Assembly (NCBI GenBank): GCA_021371935.1
Contig: JAJFVF010000022.1
Span: 220,419 to 284,418 of the forward strand
Length of the DNA: 64,000 bases
Origin: a bacterium
GTDB taxonomy: Bacteria; Armatimonadota; UBA5829
Direction of reading: 5' to 3'
The translations under genes and the position numbers were made by a program. Within the stretch, counting starts at the first letter, position 1. Each line of letters begins with the position of its first letter. The notes beneath the pieces are model-generated. The model was not told the origin of the DNA and ran no database searches. It saw only the letters and a program-made list of their open reading frames with translations. Of this stretch, positions 19,178 to 29,135 are shown piece after piece.

Positions 19178-19978
19178 CTACAACAATTTGTCCAGTCCGT
19201 AGACCAGAGCTTTTATAGTAGACGCTCGCCGCACCGCGAGCAGAACGCCCGGCATAAAACTTGTTCTGTCAATGCTGTCATGCCTGATCGTGAGGATCTG
19301 ACCTGTACCACCAAACAGGACTTCCTGGTGGGCTACCAGCCCAGGCAGGCGCACACTGTGTATCTGAATATCACTATGCTTATCGCCCCTGGCAGGGTCG
19401 TCATCGGAACCAAGAGGCTTTTCCCACTCTATCCCCGATTCAAGCCTGGACGCTTCGATCATCTCGGCAGTCTTGATGGCCGTCCCGGAAGGTGAATCGA
19501 TCTTCTTGTCATGATGAAGCTCGATTACCTCCACATTAGGCATATACTTCGCAGCCTCGGCGGCAAATTTCATCATCAGCACCGCACCTATCGCGAAGTT
19601 GGGTATCACCATCGCACCGGTACCTGTGCTTTCGGCAAGCCTGCCTATCTCGTCAAGCTCCTGCGCACTGATGCCGGTTGTCCCGATAATAGGAACCACC
19701 CCGGCATTCAGCATTGCCCTCACATTATCCATATCGAACGGCTTGGCGAAATAGATAACTACATCCGGCTTGGACTGCGCAAGTAATTTTTTGAAATCGG
19801 ATTCTATGTTAAAGCTCAGTCCGGGCACACCCGTTGCTTCAGAGGCGTTTGTGCCTGCGCAATACACATCACAACCGCCGACGAGCTCCATATCATCCGC
19901 GCCCGCAACTGCCCTCATAACCTCACGACCCATTTTGCCGCATGCGCCAAGCACTGCGACTTTTATCTTGTCAGACAT
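19178..19978 (-). CDS. dapB: 4-hydroxy-tetrahydrodipicolinate reductase
   Basis: KVAVLGACGKMGREV, EVIELHHDKKIDSPSGTA (DapB signature). Confidence 0.9.
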   Translation of the reverse strand: MSDKIKVAVLGACGKMGREVMRAVAGADDMELVGGCDVYCAGTNASEATGVPGLSFNIESDFKKLLAQSKPDVVIYFAKPFDMDNVRAMLNAGVVPIIGTTGISAQELDEIGRLAESTGTGAMVIPNFAIGAVLMMKFAAEAAKYMPNVEVIELHHDKKIDSPSGTAIKTAEMIEASRLESGIEWEKPLGSDDDPARGDKHSDIQIHSVRLPGLVAHQEVLFGGTGQILTIRHDSIDRTSFMPGVLLAVRRASTIKALVYGLDKLL

Positions 19979-19981
19979 TTA

Positions 19982-21247
19982 TTACTCCGATGTCAGCATA
20001 CTGCCTTCGATCAGATCGGCATGCTTCTTAAAGGGTCCTATGGCGGCAATCGCAAACTTGGAGTCCTCGAAAAGCTGTGAGGCGACCGCGGCGACATCAT
20101 CTTTGGTCACTGCCATGATCGACCCGATTATCTCTTCGAGCCGCACCAGTCTGCCGAAGTACATCTCGCTTTTGGCCAGCCTGCTCATCCTGTTGGACAT
20201 GCTCTCCTGGCCGAGGACCAATGCTCCCCGGATCTGATTTTTTGCCCGCTCAAGCTCCGCGTCGGTCACGCTGCTCTTCTTGATATTCTCGCACTCGGTC
20301 TGGGTCAGTTCAAGCACGTACTTAATATTCTGGATGCTGGTTCCACCATAGATAGCGAACATACCGGCTTCCTGATATGACGCCGAATATGAACCTATGG
20401 CATACGCCAGACCGCGCTTCTCGCGAATCTCCTGGAAGAGCCTTGAACTCATCCCGCCACCAAGCGCCGAATCGATAGCCGCCAGAGCGTATTTTTCTCT
20501 GCTGTCCTGGGCATAACCGCGGGTCCCAAGGCAAAAATGCACCTGCTGGGTCGTCTTGTCGATCACACGCACATCCAAATTGATGCGAGCATCATGCATT
20601 ACTCTGGGAGTCCTCTTGCCTGCAAGGTCACCAAATGCTTTTGCCACCAGATCGACAAACTCGCGGTGGTCTATGTTGCCTGCAGCAGATATTACGAGCG
20701 CATCCGGGCAATAAAATTCACCCAAATATGCAAGCAGGTCATCGCGAGTCAGATTCTTTACGACCTCACCGGAACCGATCACCGAATTTCCGAGCCGATG
20801 ACCTTTCCAAAGCACCTCCGCGAGCAGGTCGTGCACATGGTCTTCGGGGGTATCCTGATGACGCCCAATCTCTTCGATCACGACATTCTTCTCGCGATCC
20901 ATCTCAGCCGGGTCCAGAACAGAATTGAGGACCATATCCGATATGATCTCTACTGCCTTCGACAGATGCTCACGCAACACTTTGGCATAGTAGCATGTGA
21001 ACTCTTTATCGGTAAATGCGTTCAAATGACCGCCAAGGCTGTCCATCTCATCGGCAATCTGCTTCGCGCCTCGAGTGTGCGTCCCCTTGAATAGCATATG
21101 CTCGATGAAATGGCTGATGCCCATGCGCGAATCAATCTCATCACGAGAACCTGCATGCGCCCATATGCCTACGGACACACTGTCGACATAGGGCACGTGC
21201 TCGCTCAAAATCCGTATTCCATTTGGGAGAATCGTCTTGCTAACCAC
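19982..21247 (-). CDS. M16-family zinc peptidase (MlpA/YmxG-like, single unit)
   Basis: Inverted zincin motif HFIEHMLFKGT. Position between pnp and dapB matches the B. subtilis ymxG locus. Confidence 0.8.
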   Translation of the reverse strand: MVSKTILPNGIRILSEHVPYVDSVSVGIWAHAGSRDEIDSRMGISHFIEHMLFKGTHTRGAKQIADEMDSLGGHLNAFTDKEFTCYYAKVLREHLSKAVEIISDMVLNSVLDPAEMDREKNVVIEEIGRHQDTPEDHVHDLLAEVLWKGHRLGNSVIGSGEVVKNLTRDDLLAYLGEFYCPDALVISAAGNIDHREFVDLVAKAFGDLAGKRTPRVMHDARINLDVRVIDKTTQQVHFCLGTRGYAQDSREKYALAAIDSALGGGMSSRLFQEIREKRGLAYAIGSYSASYQEAGMFAIYGGTSIQNIKYVLELTQTECENIKKSSVTDAELERAKNQIRGALVLGQESMSNRMSRLAKSEMYFGRLVRLEEIIGSIMAVTKDDVAAVASQLFEDSKFAIAAIGPFKKHADLIEGSMLTSE

Positions 21248-21431
21248 GATTTACCTTTCATCGCCAATATGGCCAAAATGCCACCGAATGCCCCACGCTC
21301 GACAACGCAGGTAACACTCCCGGTGGCATCATAGTCTAAAAGTCTGAAAGTTCGAAAGTCAAAAAGCTAAGCACATATATCACGTTCACCCCAACTTTTT
21401 GACTTTTCGACTTTATAACCTTTTGACTGAC

Positions 21432-23654
21432 TTACTGCTTCTTGGTTCGGAACCTCGCTCCAGGACCGTCACCGCCCTCACGAGGTCGGTCGCGGTACCC
21501 ACCGCGATCAATGTGCGGTCTACTGCCTCCGCGCCCACCGCGAGACTCGGGCGGCGGTGGAACATAGCCTTCGTCACCCTCGATCAGACCACGACGTGTC
21601 AAACGAATCTTGCCGTCCGGACTAATCTCTATTACCTTGACCAGCAGTTCATCACCTAGCTTGCAGACATCCTCAGTCCGCTCGACGCGCTCCTTGGCAA
21701 GCTGAGATATATGAACCAGACCATCTTTGCCGGGAATCAACTCCACAAATGCGCCAAATGGTTCGATGCGAGTAACTTTTCCCGTATAAATCTGGCCTAC
21801 CTCGACCTCTTTGGTGATGTCCTCAACTATCTTTTTGGCCCGCTCACCACCGACTGCGTCGACCGAAGTTATGTAGACATGACCGTCCTGCTCGATATCG
21901 AGCTTCGCACCGGTCTCGGCTTCTATCTTCTTGATTACCTTGCCGCCAGGACCGATTATGTCGCCTATCTTGTCGGGGTGAATCTCCACGACAAAGACCC
22001 TCGGCGCATATTCGCTCATGGTCTCCCTGGCCTCGGGAATAGCCTCAGCTATCACATCAAGGATATTCATTCTTGCTGCCTTGGCCTTTTCCAGAGCGCC
22101 GACAACTACATCGCGATCCAGACCGTCTATCTTGGTGTCGACCTGGATGGCAGTGATGCCATCGCGTGTGCCCGCTACCTTGAAGTCCATATCGCCATGG
22201 AAGTCTTCAAGCCCCTGGATATCGGTCAACAATACTCTCTTGTCCTCACCGGTAATCAGACCGATGGATATGCCGGCGACCGGCGCCTTGAGATTGACGC
22301 CTGCATCAAGCAGAGCTAGAGTACATCCGCAAGTACTGGCCATGGATGTCGAGCCGTTCGATTCCAATACTTCCGAAGTCATCAACATCGCATATGGAAA
22401 ATCTTCCTGCGCAGGGATCATAGGCCTCAAGGCCTTTTCGGCAAGCGCTCCATGACCCACCTCACGCCTGCCTGCGCTCCTCAACGGGCTGACCTCGCCG
22501 ACACTGTAAGGAGGGAAATTGTAGAAGTGCATAAAGCGCTTCTCGCCGTCCTCTTCGAGATTATCGATAATCTGAGCATCATCAAGCGAACCGAGCGTGA
22601 GAGTGGTAAGCACCTGGGTCTGACCTCTGGTGAAGAGACCTGAACCATGCACACGCGGGAGCAGTCCTACTTCTGCGAACAGCGGCCTTATGTCATCCAG
22701 CCCTCTGCCACCGGCGCGAGCACCCTCATCAAGGATCATCTTGCGGACTTGTTTCTTGATGACTTTATATACGACCTCGCCAATCTCGGCATCACGGTCG
22801 GGATATTCTTCAGCGAGTTCATCCTTGAGATGAGCCTCAAGATCAAAAATTGCCTTCTCTTTGCCCGCATTGGCCGGGTCTTTGATGAAATCGGCTATCT
22901 TTGGAGCGATTTTCGCTGATATTTCTTCGTAGAGCTGAGGGTCAGGAGTAAGGATGGGGACTTCAGCCTTGGGCTTGCCCACTTTTTCTACCAACTCGCT
23001 CTGCAAAGCAACAAGCTTCGCTATTGCCTCATGGGCAAAGTCAAGCGCCTCCGCCAACACGTCCTCTTGAACTTCGCTGGCTTCAAGCTCGATCTCCATA
23101 ACTTTGCCGTCCATCCCGGCGACCACAAGCTCCATATCGGCTTCTTTGATCTGCTCCAGGGAAGGGTTTAAGACAAACTCACCGCCGATCCGGCAGACTC
23201 TGACGCAGCCGATCGGACCGCCCCAGGGTATATCTGAGACAGCTATGGCAGCGGATGCAGCCACTACCGCAAGAACATCGGCTGGAGCGTCCGGCTCCAT
23301 TGAAAGAGGCATCGCGATAACCTGAACATCGTTTCGCATGCCATCGGCAAAGAGCGGCCTTATCGGCCTGTCGATTAAGCGAGAGGTGAGGACAGCTTTC
23401 TCTGAGGGACGCCCGCCCCTCTTCACAAAACCACCGGGAATCTTGCCTACGGCGTATTTTCTCTCTTCATAATCGCAAATAAGAGGGAAGAAGTTCATTC
23501 CTTCCCTCGGTTTGGCACTCATTGTCGCCGTGGCCATAACTACCGTTTCGCCACAGCTCAGCAATACTGCGCCGTTAGCCTGGTTTGCTATGCGCCCTGT
23601 CTCCAGAGCTATAGTCTTGCCACCAAGCTCGATCTCCACTTTGTTAATTGTCAT
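21432..23654 (-). CDS. pnp: Polynucleotide phosphorylase with C-terminal RGG-rich tail
   Basis: Two RNase PH domains, KH and S1 domains; 740 aa. Tail …RGGRGGSRPHIDRGGYRDRPREGG…. Confidence 0.95.
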   Translation of the reverse strand: MTINKVEIELGGKTIALETGRIANQANGAVLLSCGETVVMATATMSAKPREGMNFFPLICDYEERKYAVGKIPGGFVKRGGRPSEKAVLTSRLIDRPIRPLFADGMRNDVQVIAMPLSMEPDAPADVLAVVAASAAIAVSDIPWGGPIGCVRVCRIGGEFVLNPSLEQIKEADMELVVAGMDGKVMEIELEASEVQEDVLAEALDFAHEAIAKLVALQSELVEKVGKPKAEVPILTPDPQLYEEISAKIAPKIADFIKDPANAGKEKAIFDLEAHLKDELAEEYPDRDAEIGEVVYKVIKKQVRKMILDEGARAGGRGLDDIRPLFAEVGLLPRVHGSGLFTRGQTQVLTTLTLGSLDDAQIIDNLEEDGEKRFMHFYNFPPYSVGEVSPLRSAGRREVGHGALAEKALRPMIPAQEDFPYAMLMTSEVLESNGSTSMASTCGCTLALLDAGVNLKAPVAGISIGLITGEDKRVLLTDIQGLEDFHGDMDFKVAGTRDGITAIQVDTKIDGLDRDVVVGALEKAKAARMNILDVIAEAIPEARETMSEYAPRVFVVEIHPDKIGDIIGPGGKVIKKIEAETGAKLDIEQDGHVYITSVDAVGGERAKKIVEDITKEVEVGQIYTGKVTRIEPFGAFVELIPGKDGLVHISQLAKERVERTEDVCKLGDELLVKVIEISPDGKIRLTRRGLIEGDEGYVPPPPESRGGRGGSRPHIDRGGYRDRPREGGDGPGARFRTKKQ

Positions 23655-23672
23655 TGAAAATATACTTATCTC

Positions 23673-23942
23673 CTAGCGTCTGATGCCGAGCCGAGCAATC
23701 ACATCACGATACCGGGTGATGTCCTTGTTGCTCAGATAGTTCAGCAGCCTTCTGCGCTGGCCGACCATCATCAACAAGCCTCTTCTGGAGTGGTGATCTT
23801 TCTTGTGCTCCTTTAGATGCTCGGTGAGCTGGTTGATCCGAGCGCTGAGCAGTGCTATCTGAACCTCCGGCGAACCCGTATCGCCATCGTGCTGCTTGTA
23901 CTCGTCTATTAATTCTGTTTTCTTCTCTTTAACAAGCGCCAA
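23673..23942 (-). CDS. rpsO: 30S ribosomal protein S15 (TTG start)
   Basis: [16 protein letters not shown]…[17 protein letters not shown], 89 aa. GGAGGTG sits 7 nt upstream of the TTG. Confidence 0.95.
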   Translation of the reverse strand: MALVKEKKTELIDEYKQHDGDTGSPEVQIALLSARINQLTEHLKEHKKDHHSRRGLLMMVGQRRRLLNYLSNKDITRYRDVIARLGIRR

Positions 23943-23960
23943 TTAATTGCACCTCCAAAT

Positions 23961-23998
23961 CGAAATGCAAAAGCCTTCCATACAGCTTTTGCATTTCG
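23961..23998 (-). promoter_or_regulatory. Long perfect hairpin in rpsO 5' leader (candidate S15 autoregulatory element or upstream terminator)
   Basis: CGAAATGCAAAAGC-N10-GCTTTTGCATTTCG 14-bp stem ending about 10 nt before the rpsO SD on the minus strand. Confidence 0.4.
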
Positions 23999-24059
23999 AC
24001 TCATACCCGAAGAGTGTATCACAAACAGGAATCCACTGTCAAATCATGCGCAAACCGTG

Positions 24060-24893
24060 TTATGAACTTGGGACGGGGATTATCTCATTGCAATGGGCTA
24101 TGTATAGATCACCCCGAAAACCCGACCTCTCCTTCGCCTGCCTTGCAGCCTTGATCACATCATCTATTATATACCGATCTGATATATGGCATAAAACCAG
24201 CAACTTTACATCGTTGCTTGCGCCCCACTCCACAGCCGTCTCTAGAGCAGCATGTCTGTTGGACTCAATCGATGCCAGGCTGCTGTCGCTTGAAAGAAAA
24301 GTCGCTTCGTGAACAGCCAAATCCAGACGTCCATAGGGCGTGTGTACCGCCTCAGAGCCGTCACCCGTATATAAAAACACTGGATGATAACGACATACAT
24401 TCTCGCCGGTGGCCGGGTCGGGAAATTTGCGTTCCTGCTGGATCTCATAGCCCAGGCAGAGTTGGCCGCGCACATGCCTCATCTCAAAGGCGACCACCCG
24501 CGTCGGACGCTTCGTATCCGGTATTTCGACCTCCGAGCCGACTTCCATCGGCTGGACATAGAGCGGATATCTGAGCAGACCCGACTGCTTTTGCTCGATA
24601 TACTCCAGCAGCGCATTTATCCATCGGTCATGCTTGGGATAATATATAATCAACGGCTTGTCACGTTCGCCGGACGCAAGATTGCGGATATTCACCAGGT
24701 TCGATATGCCGGCGATGTGGTCCTCATGCCCATGACTCAAAAACACATGGCGGATGCCGAAGACCTTGGTGCCCAGGGTCGTGGCGACGCCCTCGCCCGC
24801 GTCAAAAAGACACCGGGTCGGCTTATGATAAAACCACTGGCTGTAGAGCGCCAGTGAAAACGATATCAGAATGTCATTTGGATTCATCGGCAT
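24060..24893 (-). CDS. rnz: Ribonuclease Z-like MBL-fold hydrolase
   Basis: LFDAGEGV…, HxHxDH motif LSHGHEDHIAG, VHEATF, LVLCHISDRY, all paralleling B. subtilis RNase Z. Confidence 0.65.
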   Translation of the reverse strand: MPMNPNDILISFSLALYSQWFYHKPTRCLFDAGEGVATTLGTKVFGIRHVFLSHGHEDHIAGISNLVNIRNLASGERDKPLIIYYPKHDRWINALLEYIEQKQSGLLRYPLYVQPMEVGSEVEIPDTKRPTRVVAFEMRHVRGQLCLGYEIQQERKFPDPATGENVCRYHPVFLYTGDGSEAVHTPYGRLDLAVHEATFLSSDSSLASIESNRHAALETAVEWGASNDVKLLVLCHISDRYIIDDVIKAARQAKERSGFRGDLYIAHCNEIIPVPSS

Positions 24894-25077
24894 GATTGAT
24901 ACAGTTCAGTTACCTGGGATTTTGGCTCAGCAGGAGCTTCGCCCTCCCAATAATTAGCTTTCCGGGAGGGCGAGGTTCCCACCGAGCCATATTTGCCCTC
25001 ATAAAACTGAACTTTCTCCATAGCTTGGCTGTTTGAGCAATTTGTGATAATGTAGAGTATACCCAAGGTGAGTGAGC

Positions 25078-25680
25078 ATGGCAAACGAATCCGCAACTTC
25101 ATGGAAAGACAGGCGAAAAGAGCAGCTTCATGACGATCTTGTGGCAGCAGCAGCGGGGCTGTTTCGAGAAAAGGGGTTCAATGCTGTATCCGTGGAGGAT
25201 ATCGTTGCCGCAACAGGCATCGCCAAAGGGACATTTTACCTCTATTTCAAGACAAAAACCCAAATTGTCGAGTCCGTGCTCGGGGCATGTCTGGACGATC
25301 TTGAAAAACGGATATCCACAGCACTGGAGGCGGCTTCTTCAGATGCGTCTGACCCTCTTCAGGCTGTGGTGGGAATCATAATGCAGTTCCTGCAGGAAAA
25401 TCCCGGCTTCGTAACACCGATTATGGATGCTGCCCCGGTCCCCGATATTGGAGAGGCTGTCCTGTTACGATGCCGCACTGTCACAATCTCGGTATTTGAG
25501 CGTCTGCTTAGGATGGGAATGCTGCAGGGCAGGTATCGCGAAATTGACCCACAGGCTGCATCGCTTGCACTTCAGGGAATGCTCTCCGGTCTTGTTCGGT
25601 TTTCCGCTGATGTTGACATCAAGTTCACAGATGTCGGCGAGATAGCAGTGGAACTTTTCGAGCGCGGAGTCAAGCGATGA
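25078..25680 (+). CDS. TetR/AcrR-family transcriptional regulator
   Basis: N-terminal HTH LFREKGFNAVSVEDIVAATGIAKGTFYLYF. Start at the ATG after AAGGTGAG; the ORF track starts at a GTG 6 nt earlier. Confidence 0.8.
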   Translation: MANESATSWKDRRKEQLHDDLVAAAAGLFREKGFNAVSVEDIVAATGIAKGTFYLYFKTKTQIVESVLGACLDDLEKRISTALEAASSDASDPLQAVVGIIMQFLQENPGFVTPIMDAAPVPDIGEAVLLRCRTVTISVFERLLRMGMLQGRYREIDPQAASLALQGMLSGLVRFSADVDIKFTDVGEIAVELFERGVKR

Positions 25681-25892
25681 AGTGTAATTGTGCGGCTCGG
25701 CATGAGCTTCACCCTCCATGCATGCTCGTCATCGTAAGACAATATCCCTCCTGAACCAAATATCGGCAAAGATAGATACTCGATCATTCACAAAATCGCT
25801 TCCCTTTTTTCAACACTTGTGATAAAATATGGGCTTGAAGCCCACCTATTACTCGGTGGGCATACCGTTATATATTGCCGGGAGATAGTTGC

Positions 25893-26369
25893 GTGGATTT
25901 TTCAGACGAGAAGATCGTGCTCACGCGCGATGGCTACGACGAGATTCAGCGGGAGCTTAATGAGATCATGACCGTGAAGCGGCCCGCCATAATCGATAGA
26001 ATCAGAGAAGCCAGACAACTGGGCGATCTGAGCGAAAATTTTGATTATCAGGATGCAAAGCATTCACAAGCAATGCTGGAAGCAAGGCTCAAAGAACTCA
26101 AAACCATTCTCAGCCACGCCAGTGTGGTCGAGACTATGGATAATAACGGCTGTGTCGGCATAGGCTCAAAGGTGACAGTTAAAGACCTTGCTGACGGTTT
26201 CGAGGATGAATACACCATCGTCGGACCCACAGAGTCCAGCCCGGCTGAAGGCAAGATATCTCTGGAATCATGCCTTGGAAGCGCATTGATGGGTCACAAG
26301 CAGGGAGACGAAGTTGATGTACGCGCCCCCGGCGGAGTGATTAACTATCAGATCGTATCGGTGCAATGA
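25893..26369 (+). CDS. greA: Transcription elongation factor GreA
   Basis: LTRDGYDEIQRELNEI…, C-terminal FKBP-like domain. GTG start chosen after GGGAGA; the ORF track starts at a TTG at 25875. Confidence 0.85.
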   Translation: MDFSDEKIVLTRDGYDEIQRELNEIMTVKRPAIIDRIREARQLGDLSENFDYQDAKHSQAMLEARLKELKTILSHASVVETMDNNGCVGIGSKVTVKDLADGFEDEYTIVGPTESSPAEGKISLESCLGSALMGHKQGDEVDVRAPGGVINYQIVSVQ

Positions 26370-26920
26370 GTCACCCGAATATAATAGACAAATCGAACAG
26401 CGCCCTGGTTGTCATAGACATCCAGGACCCGCTCCTCAAAGTGATCCATGAAAGCGAGCGGATGGTCGCCAATGTCATCAAGCTCATTGAAGCCGCAAAA
26501 GTATTCGATCTGCCAATACTCGTGCCGCTTCAATATGCCGCGCGGCTGGGTGATGTACATGAGCCTATTGCGAACGCTCTGCCGACGGACAAGCGTTTCG
26601 ACAAAATGACTTTCAGCTGCGTCGGTTCGCTCGATTTTCTCGATGCGCTGCAGGCGACCGGACGTAATCAAGTGATTCTGTGTGGAATAGAGGCACATGT
26701 ATGCGTCAATCAGACGGCTCACGATCTCCTGGAACGCAACTATTCGGTTCATGTTATTGAGGATGCAGTATCATCCAGGAGACGTGATGACTGGGAGTGC
26801 GCCGTCGAGAAGATGCGCAGTTCGGGATGTGTGATCTCATCGACTGAGATGGCGATTTTCGAGCTTACGCGCGATGCATCAATTCCTGAGTTCAAACGCA
26901 TTCTGCCGATTGTCAAATAG
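26366..26920 (+). CDS. Isochorismatase-family cysteine hydrolase
   Basis: ALVVIDIQ…, ILCGIEAHVCV (catalytic Cys). ATGA overlap with the greA stop. Confidence 0.8.
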   Translation: MSHPNIIDKSNSALVVIDIQDPLLKVIHESERMVANVIKLIEAAKVFDLPILVPLQYAARLGDVHEPIANALPTDKRFDKMTFSCVGSLDFLDALQATGRNQVILCGIEAHVCVNQTAHDLLERNYSVHVIEDAVSSRRRDDWECAVEKMRSSGCVISSTEMAIFELTRDASIPEFKRILPIVK

Positions 26921-26970
26921 ATTTCCCTCCGCGCTATGGGAGGAAAACGATAAGCCCGGCGGAGGTTAAA

Positions 26971-27450
26971 TTGACCGAAATTTTCACGATAGGCCACAGC
27001 AATCATGACCTGCTCGATTTCTTGAATATATTGAAGCGCAGCAGGACCCAGGTCCTCGTCGATGTCCGCAGCGAACCCTACAGCCGCTATGCCTCACAGT
27101 TCAACAAAACCGAATTCCAAAGGCATGTCGAGACGGCTGGGATTACATATCGATACTCAGGCAACTCAATAGGCGGCAAACCCAAAGATATGTCGCTCTA
27201 CACCCCATCCGGCGCTCCCGATTATGACAAACTCGCAAAGACCGAATCTTTTCAAAATGAGCTTAAAGCAATCGTAGAAATCGCAAAGACCAAGCGAGTG
27301 GTTATAATGTGCAGTGAGGCAGACCCGATGACATGCCACCGCGAGAGAATTCTGGCACAAATTCTGCGAAGCTGGGGGATAGATGTGAAGCATATCATGC
27401 CGGATGGCAGCATCGCGAAGGTGGAACAACCAGGGCTCTTTAAGAATTAG
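26971..27450 (+). CDS. DUF488-family protein
   Basis: TIGHSNH motif at the N-terminus, about 160 aa. Confidence 0.6.
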   Translation: MTEIFTIGHSNHDLLDFLNILKRSRTQVLVDVRSEPYSRYASQFNKTEFQRHVETAGITYRYSGNSIGGKPKDMSLYTPSGAPDYDKLAKTESFQNELKAIVEIAKTKRVVIMCSEADPMTCHRERILAQILRSWGIDVKHIMPDGSIAKVEQPGLFKN

Positions 27451-27494
27451 TATTTTACATTTTGTATTTTATATTTGGCTGGATGCGTCAGGCA

Positions 27495-29135
27495 TCATCC
27501 GACAATGCAGGAAAGCAGAGACTGCAGTCTCTCGCTCTCACAAATTGGCTCCTTTGTGTCGTGATCCACAGCTTCAAGCGCTCCACCAATTACTCGCGTT
27601 TCGAGCGTGCCGCTAGCATACGGATTGCCTTTGAGATGAGGCGCATCCAAAAGACCCTGTTTGATAGCTCCGGTGATTACAGCCGGATCTGAGAAAGCAT
27701 CCTCCTCATCTCTACCGAAGTCACGGATTGCGCCCAGCAGGACTTCAGCTTCATCCATAAGGTATTTCCTGCGCCTGCCGACCTCTTCACTGCCTATCAA
27801 AGCCTGCATACCGGTCTGGCAATTCTTGAGCACGCCATGGACTATCTCGCAGCTTTCTATCACATCGTCAGCCGAGGCCGCATGGTCGCCCTCGCAGTAA
27901 CCAACCACATGAATGATATGCGGCGCAACCGCCAGAGAAAGCATAGTCGATGCCGCAAGCTGCCCCTTTGCCTTGTTCATCTGAGGTGACAGGTGCAGCA
28001 GCCCGGCTCTGACCTGTCTGAAAGAATAGAACTCAGGCCCGTGCAGACTCTCCACCATTTCTATCTGGGCCTGAACCTTTGCCAGGTCCATCACAGGCGA
28101 AAGACCAGGAGGGGTATTGAACATATACTGAGCAATGTAATGCGACACGCCCATCTGCTTCGCATTGTATGCCGCCAGATAGGCCATAACAACCGATATG
28201 ACATCGTGGGCATCGCGCAAGCCCCAATGGTGGGGCTCATTGACCTCCACTGGAATTCCACGCTCGGCATGCCAGCGCATACACTCCTGGTTCTCACGGA
28301 TTGCCCCCTCCGGCGTGCGATTCGAGCGTCCGTCCAAGACGCTGTACCAGCACAATGGTATCGCCGCCCAGGCATTTGATATAGTCTCCGCCGACATTTT
28401 TGCCCAGGATATAAGGTCGCGAGTGCCGCTGTATACACGCAGCAGGGGATAGTTTCCACACTGCGCAGCGCTATACATCGCGGTCAGATCTTCGCGTCTG
28501 CGAACTGGAACGCCGCCTGCGCCGTCCATAGTCGGGTCCATCTCCTCCGGGCGGAAGAATGACTCCTGCGCGTTCTGGTCCGGTGCAATCGAAATTATAT
28601 CGAGCACACCGGACTCGGCGATTTTGCGAACACCGTTTATAGTCGCGTCAAGGTCGGGCAGACCGAAATGATGCCTAAGCAGCGGGTATGGGTGCTTGTG
28701 TTCGAGCCGCTCGAGCAGCGTGCCGGTGCATTCAGTGCAGGATTTACCCGCTTCCTCGCCTTTCAGATATGTCCACACGGCATCAGTGTTCTCAAGCCCG
28801 GTGAAATAATACTCGAACCAATCCAGTTCCTTGACCGCTTCGCACACGGGAGGCGTTCCACCGAAGACAAACCGCCTGTCAAGCAGTTCCGAGCGCTCCA
28901 GAGCCGACTTGAGATCACTGACCAGGCGCTTACCGACTTCAGGGGTCAATCGATAGCTGACACCGACTATATCGGGATCATGCTCGCGGACTGCTTCGAC
29001 AAAATCATCTACGCTAACTGCCGCGCCCAAGAATACTGTCTTGTAACCAAGCTGCTGTGCGATGCCCAATAGCCCGGCCACACCCGCCACATGCACGCAG
29101 TTTCCCAGTGCTCCGGCAACTATAGTTCCGCGCAT
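27495..29135 (-). CDS. B12-binding-like domain fused to a large C-terminal TIM-barrel-like domain, possibly glutamate/methylaspartate-mutase (E-subunit)-like
   Basis: N-terminal Rossmann-like B12-binding fold pattern (TIVAGALGNCVHVAGVAGLLG…DIVGVSYRLT), but a non-canonical NCVHVAG where DxHxxG is expected. The C-terminal 400 aa have no recognisable motif; the mutase-E resemblance is by eye only. Confidence 0.3.
   Translation of the reverse strand: MRGTIVAGALGNCVHVAGVAGLLGIAQQLGYKTVFLGAAVSVDDFVEAVREHDPDIVGVSYRLTPEVGKRLVSDLKSALERSELLDRRFVFGGTPPVCEAVKELDWFEYYFTGLENTDAVWTYLKGEEAGKSCTECTGTLLERLEHKHPYPLLRHHFGLPDLDATINGVRKIAESGVLDIISIAPDQNAQESFFRPEEMDPTMDGAGGVPVRRREDLTAMYSAAQCGNYPLLRVYSGTRDLISWAKMSAETISNAWAAIPLCWYSVLDGRSNRTPEGAIRENQECMRWHAERGIPVEVNEPHHWGLRDAHDVISVVMAYLAAYNAKQMGVSHYIAQYMFNTPPGLSPVMDLAKVQAQIEMVESLHGPEFYSFRQVRAGLLHLSPQMNKAKGQLAASTMLSLAVAPHIIHVVGYCEGDHAASADDVIESCEIVHGVLKNCQTGMQALIGSEEVGRRRKYLMDEAEVLLGAIRDFGRDEEDAFSDPAVITGAIKQGLLDAPHLKGNPYASGTLETRVIGGALEAVDHDTKEPICESERLQSLLSCIVG

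Noticed and set aside
24940-24972. 9-bp inverted repeat CGCCCTCCC-N15-GGGAGGGCG as a TetR operator or terminator
   Set aside because: The arm spacing is atypical for TetR operators and there is no flanking U-tract. It may simply be a structural element in the divergent promoter region, so it is not called.
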